DNA of 53,888 nucleotides from assembly GCA_034722415.1 (NCBI GenBank), contig JAYENY010000001.1, forward strand, positions 1-53,888. Direction: 5' to 3'. The stretch is from Patescibacteria group bacterium (GTDB lineage Bacteria > Patescibacteriota > Minisyncoccia > Minisyncoccales > PEYH01). Shown here piece after piece: positions 52,939-53,888 of the stretch. Below the pieces are notes generated by a model. It was given only the letters and a program-made list of their open reading frames with translations, made no database searches and was not told where the DNA came from. Made by a program: the position numbers and the translations under genes. Each line of letters opens with the position of its first letter. The stretch's first letter is position 1.

Positions 52939-53888
52939 TTACGGTTTTATTATCTTACTTGTTAAATCTTCTAAAAACTGTAATGTTTTCTCTTGTTCGA
53001 TTCTCTCTTTAAGATACGCTCTTAATGCCGCATGGTCAATGCTTTCTTTGTTTTTCTCATTAGCGGGATGCTTTAAAAAAGCATTAATTTCTTTTTCCAA
53101 CTCCTCTTTCCTAGCTTCAATTTTTTCTTGTTTTTGTATTTCTCCCAAAACTAATATTTTCTTAATTCTATCTATAATCTCTGAGTCTAAAGAATCTTCT
53201 AATTCTTTTTCGCTCTTTTTAACCTTCTTCAAATAATCTTCAAATGATATCTTAAGAGACTCTGAGACATTTTTTTTCAGATTTTCCATTGCTTTGCGTT
53301 TCTCGCTTACAACTAAAATTTCTGGAACATCCCAATCGCACTCTTTAACAATAGAGCTTAAAATGTCATTTCTTACTCTTTGTCTTTCCATCACTTCTTT
53401 CTCTTTTTCCATTTGAACACTTATTGTTTTTTTCAATTCTTCTGGTTTGTCAAAATTCATTCTTTTTCTTTCCTCTTCTGGTATTTTATCCTTCATTTCC
53501 TGAACTTGTTTAAGGGCTGTTTCAATTTCTTTATCTTCAATAACTATTTTTTGTTTTTTAACTTGTTTAGATATTTTTTTGTAATCAGGCAATTTTATTT
53601 CCGGCAAAACAAAAATTGTGGCCTTAAACTCTAGGGGATTGTTCAATGCTAATTTGAGAATTTCAATTTCTGGCAATCCGAGAGGTTCTAAATCCTTCTC
53701 TTTAATAGCTTGAATATAGTATCCTTGCACAGCTAATTGAGCAGCCTCACCTAAAATCTTGTCTTGCCCAATATCCTTGATAACTATTTCTTTTGGAACT
53801 TGCCCTTTTCTAAATCCTTTTTTTTCAAAATTCTTACACATCTCTTCTTCTGCTTGATCGATAAATTTCTTAAACTCTTCAAATTCAA
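52939..53888 (-). CDS. tig: Trigger factor (N-terminus runs off the window)
   Basis: The reading frame stays open upstream of the track Met (53841): ...FEEFKKFIDQAEEEMCKNFEKKGFRKGQVP. The GFRKGxVP motif of the ribosome-binding domain is present, followed by a helical C-terminal arm domain. Confidence 0.8.
   Translation of the reverse strand, partial: EFEEFKKFIDQAEEEMCKNFEKKGFRKGQVPKEIVIKDIGQDKILGEAAQLAVQGYYIQAIKEKDLEPLGLPEIEILKLALNNPLEFKATIFVLPEIKLPDYKKISKQVKKQKIVIEDKEIETALKQVQEMKDKIPEEERKRMNFDKPEELKKTISVQMEKEKEVMERQRVRNDILSSIVKECDWDVPEILVVSEKRKAMENLKKNVSESLKISFEDYLKKVKKSEKELEDSLDSEIIDRIKKILVLGEIQKQEKIEARKEELEKEINAFLKHPANEKNKESIDHAALRAYLKERIEQEKTLQFLEDLTSKIIKP

Noticed and set aside
3048-53634. 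Numerous 60-176-aa ORFs antisense to or overlapping conserved genes. Examples: 3048..3290, 3743..3949, 5225..5464, 10043..10258, 11320..11610, 12273..12822 set, 17316..18515 set, 20138..20602, 21211..21635, 24010..24192, 26426..26916, 27200..28459 set, 29035..29241, 31378..31593, 33418..33762, 36906..37094, 42683..42889, 43039..43221, 44288..45230, 47584..47784, 48379..48660, 51029..51475, 52895..53236 and 53380..53634
   Set aside because: Each lies inside a longer ORF with clear family motifs on the other strand or in another frame. Their low-complexity translations are what an AT-rich genome is expected to produce.
1-53888. CRISPR arrays, transposases, integrases, prophage genes, rRNA, reverse transcriptase/DGR
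   Set aside because: I found no regularly spaced repeats and no ORFs with the corresponding motifs. The only clear long repeat is the 30-nt clpP-start duplication.
1-53888. Alternative genetic code (UGA recoded, as in some CPR-related lineages)
   Set aside because: Conserved proteins are full-length with the standard stops. TGA terminates the RluA-family gene (ATGA overlap with rplS), the NUDIX gene and the ORF at 47463..47879.

Overview
The window is AT-rich, very gene-dense and mostly transcribed from the minus strand. It looks like a small-genome, Candidate-Phyla-Radiation (Patescibacteria)-type bacterium using the standard code; that is an inference from gene content, compaction, secretin-less pili and a truncated IF-2.

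I support about 57 protein genes and 20 tRNA genes, the latter hand-folded with anticodons read directly. I also call several promoters sharing a TAGAAT -10 box and several rho-independent terminators.

- **Housekeeping genes:** recG, tsaD, gyrA, rpsA-like S1, ftsH, rluA-family, rplS, rbfA, infB, tyrS, hup, rny, clpP and tig (partial).
- **Type IV filament loci:** there are two separate pilus loci.
  - Locus 1 (1..8052) has pilMNO + small protein, pilB, a receiver, pilT, pilC and two pilins. It lies next to comFC.
  - Locus 2 (36053..47421) is atypical. It has a histidine kinase, a receiver, pilB-like, pilC-like, three giant minor pilins, pilMNO-like and a small protein. It has no pilT, no major pilin, no secretin and no prepilin peptidase.
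- **Two-TM pilin-like array (19436..21776):** four paralogous TrbC/VirB2-like small proteins. One is fused to a PKD-like domain and a Cys-rich repeat.
- **Inserted cassette (50807..52414):** a 30-nt perfect direct repeat duplicates the first ten clpP codons. It brackets a ~1.55-kb cassette carrying HEPN-MNT and a secreted protein, inserted into an ancestral NUDIX-clpP junction.
- **GC-rich orphan genes:** 12187..13089 is a Cys-motif protein. 47463..47879 is a membrane protein with a consensus promoter and an 18-bp perfect palindrome.
- **tRNA-punctuated operon:** ftsH-tRNAIle-tRNAVal-rluA-rplS-tRNALeu has 0-2 nt spacers or overlaps.
- **Unusual anticodons:** tRNA-Ile(UAU) and tRNA-Arg(GCG).

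I found no CRISPR array, transposase, integrase or rRNA. All family assignments come from motif recognition by eye and need HMM or BLAST confirmation.
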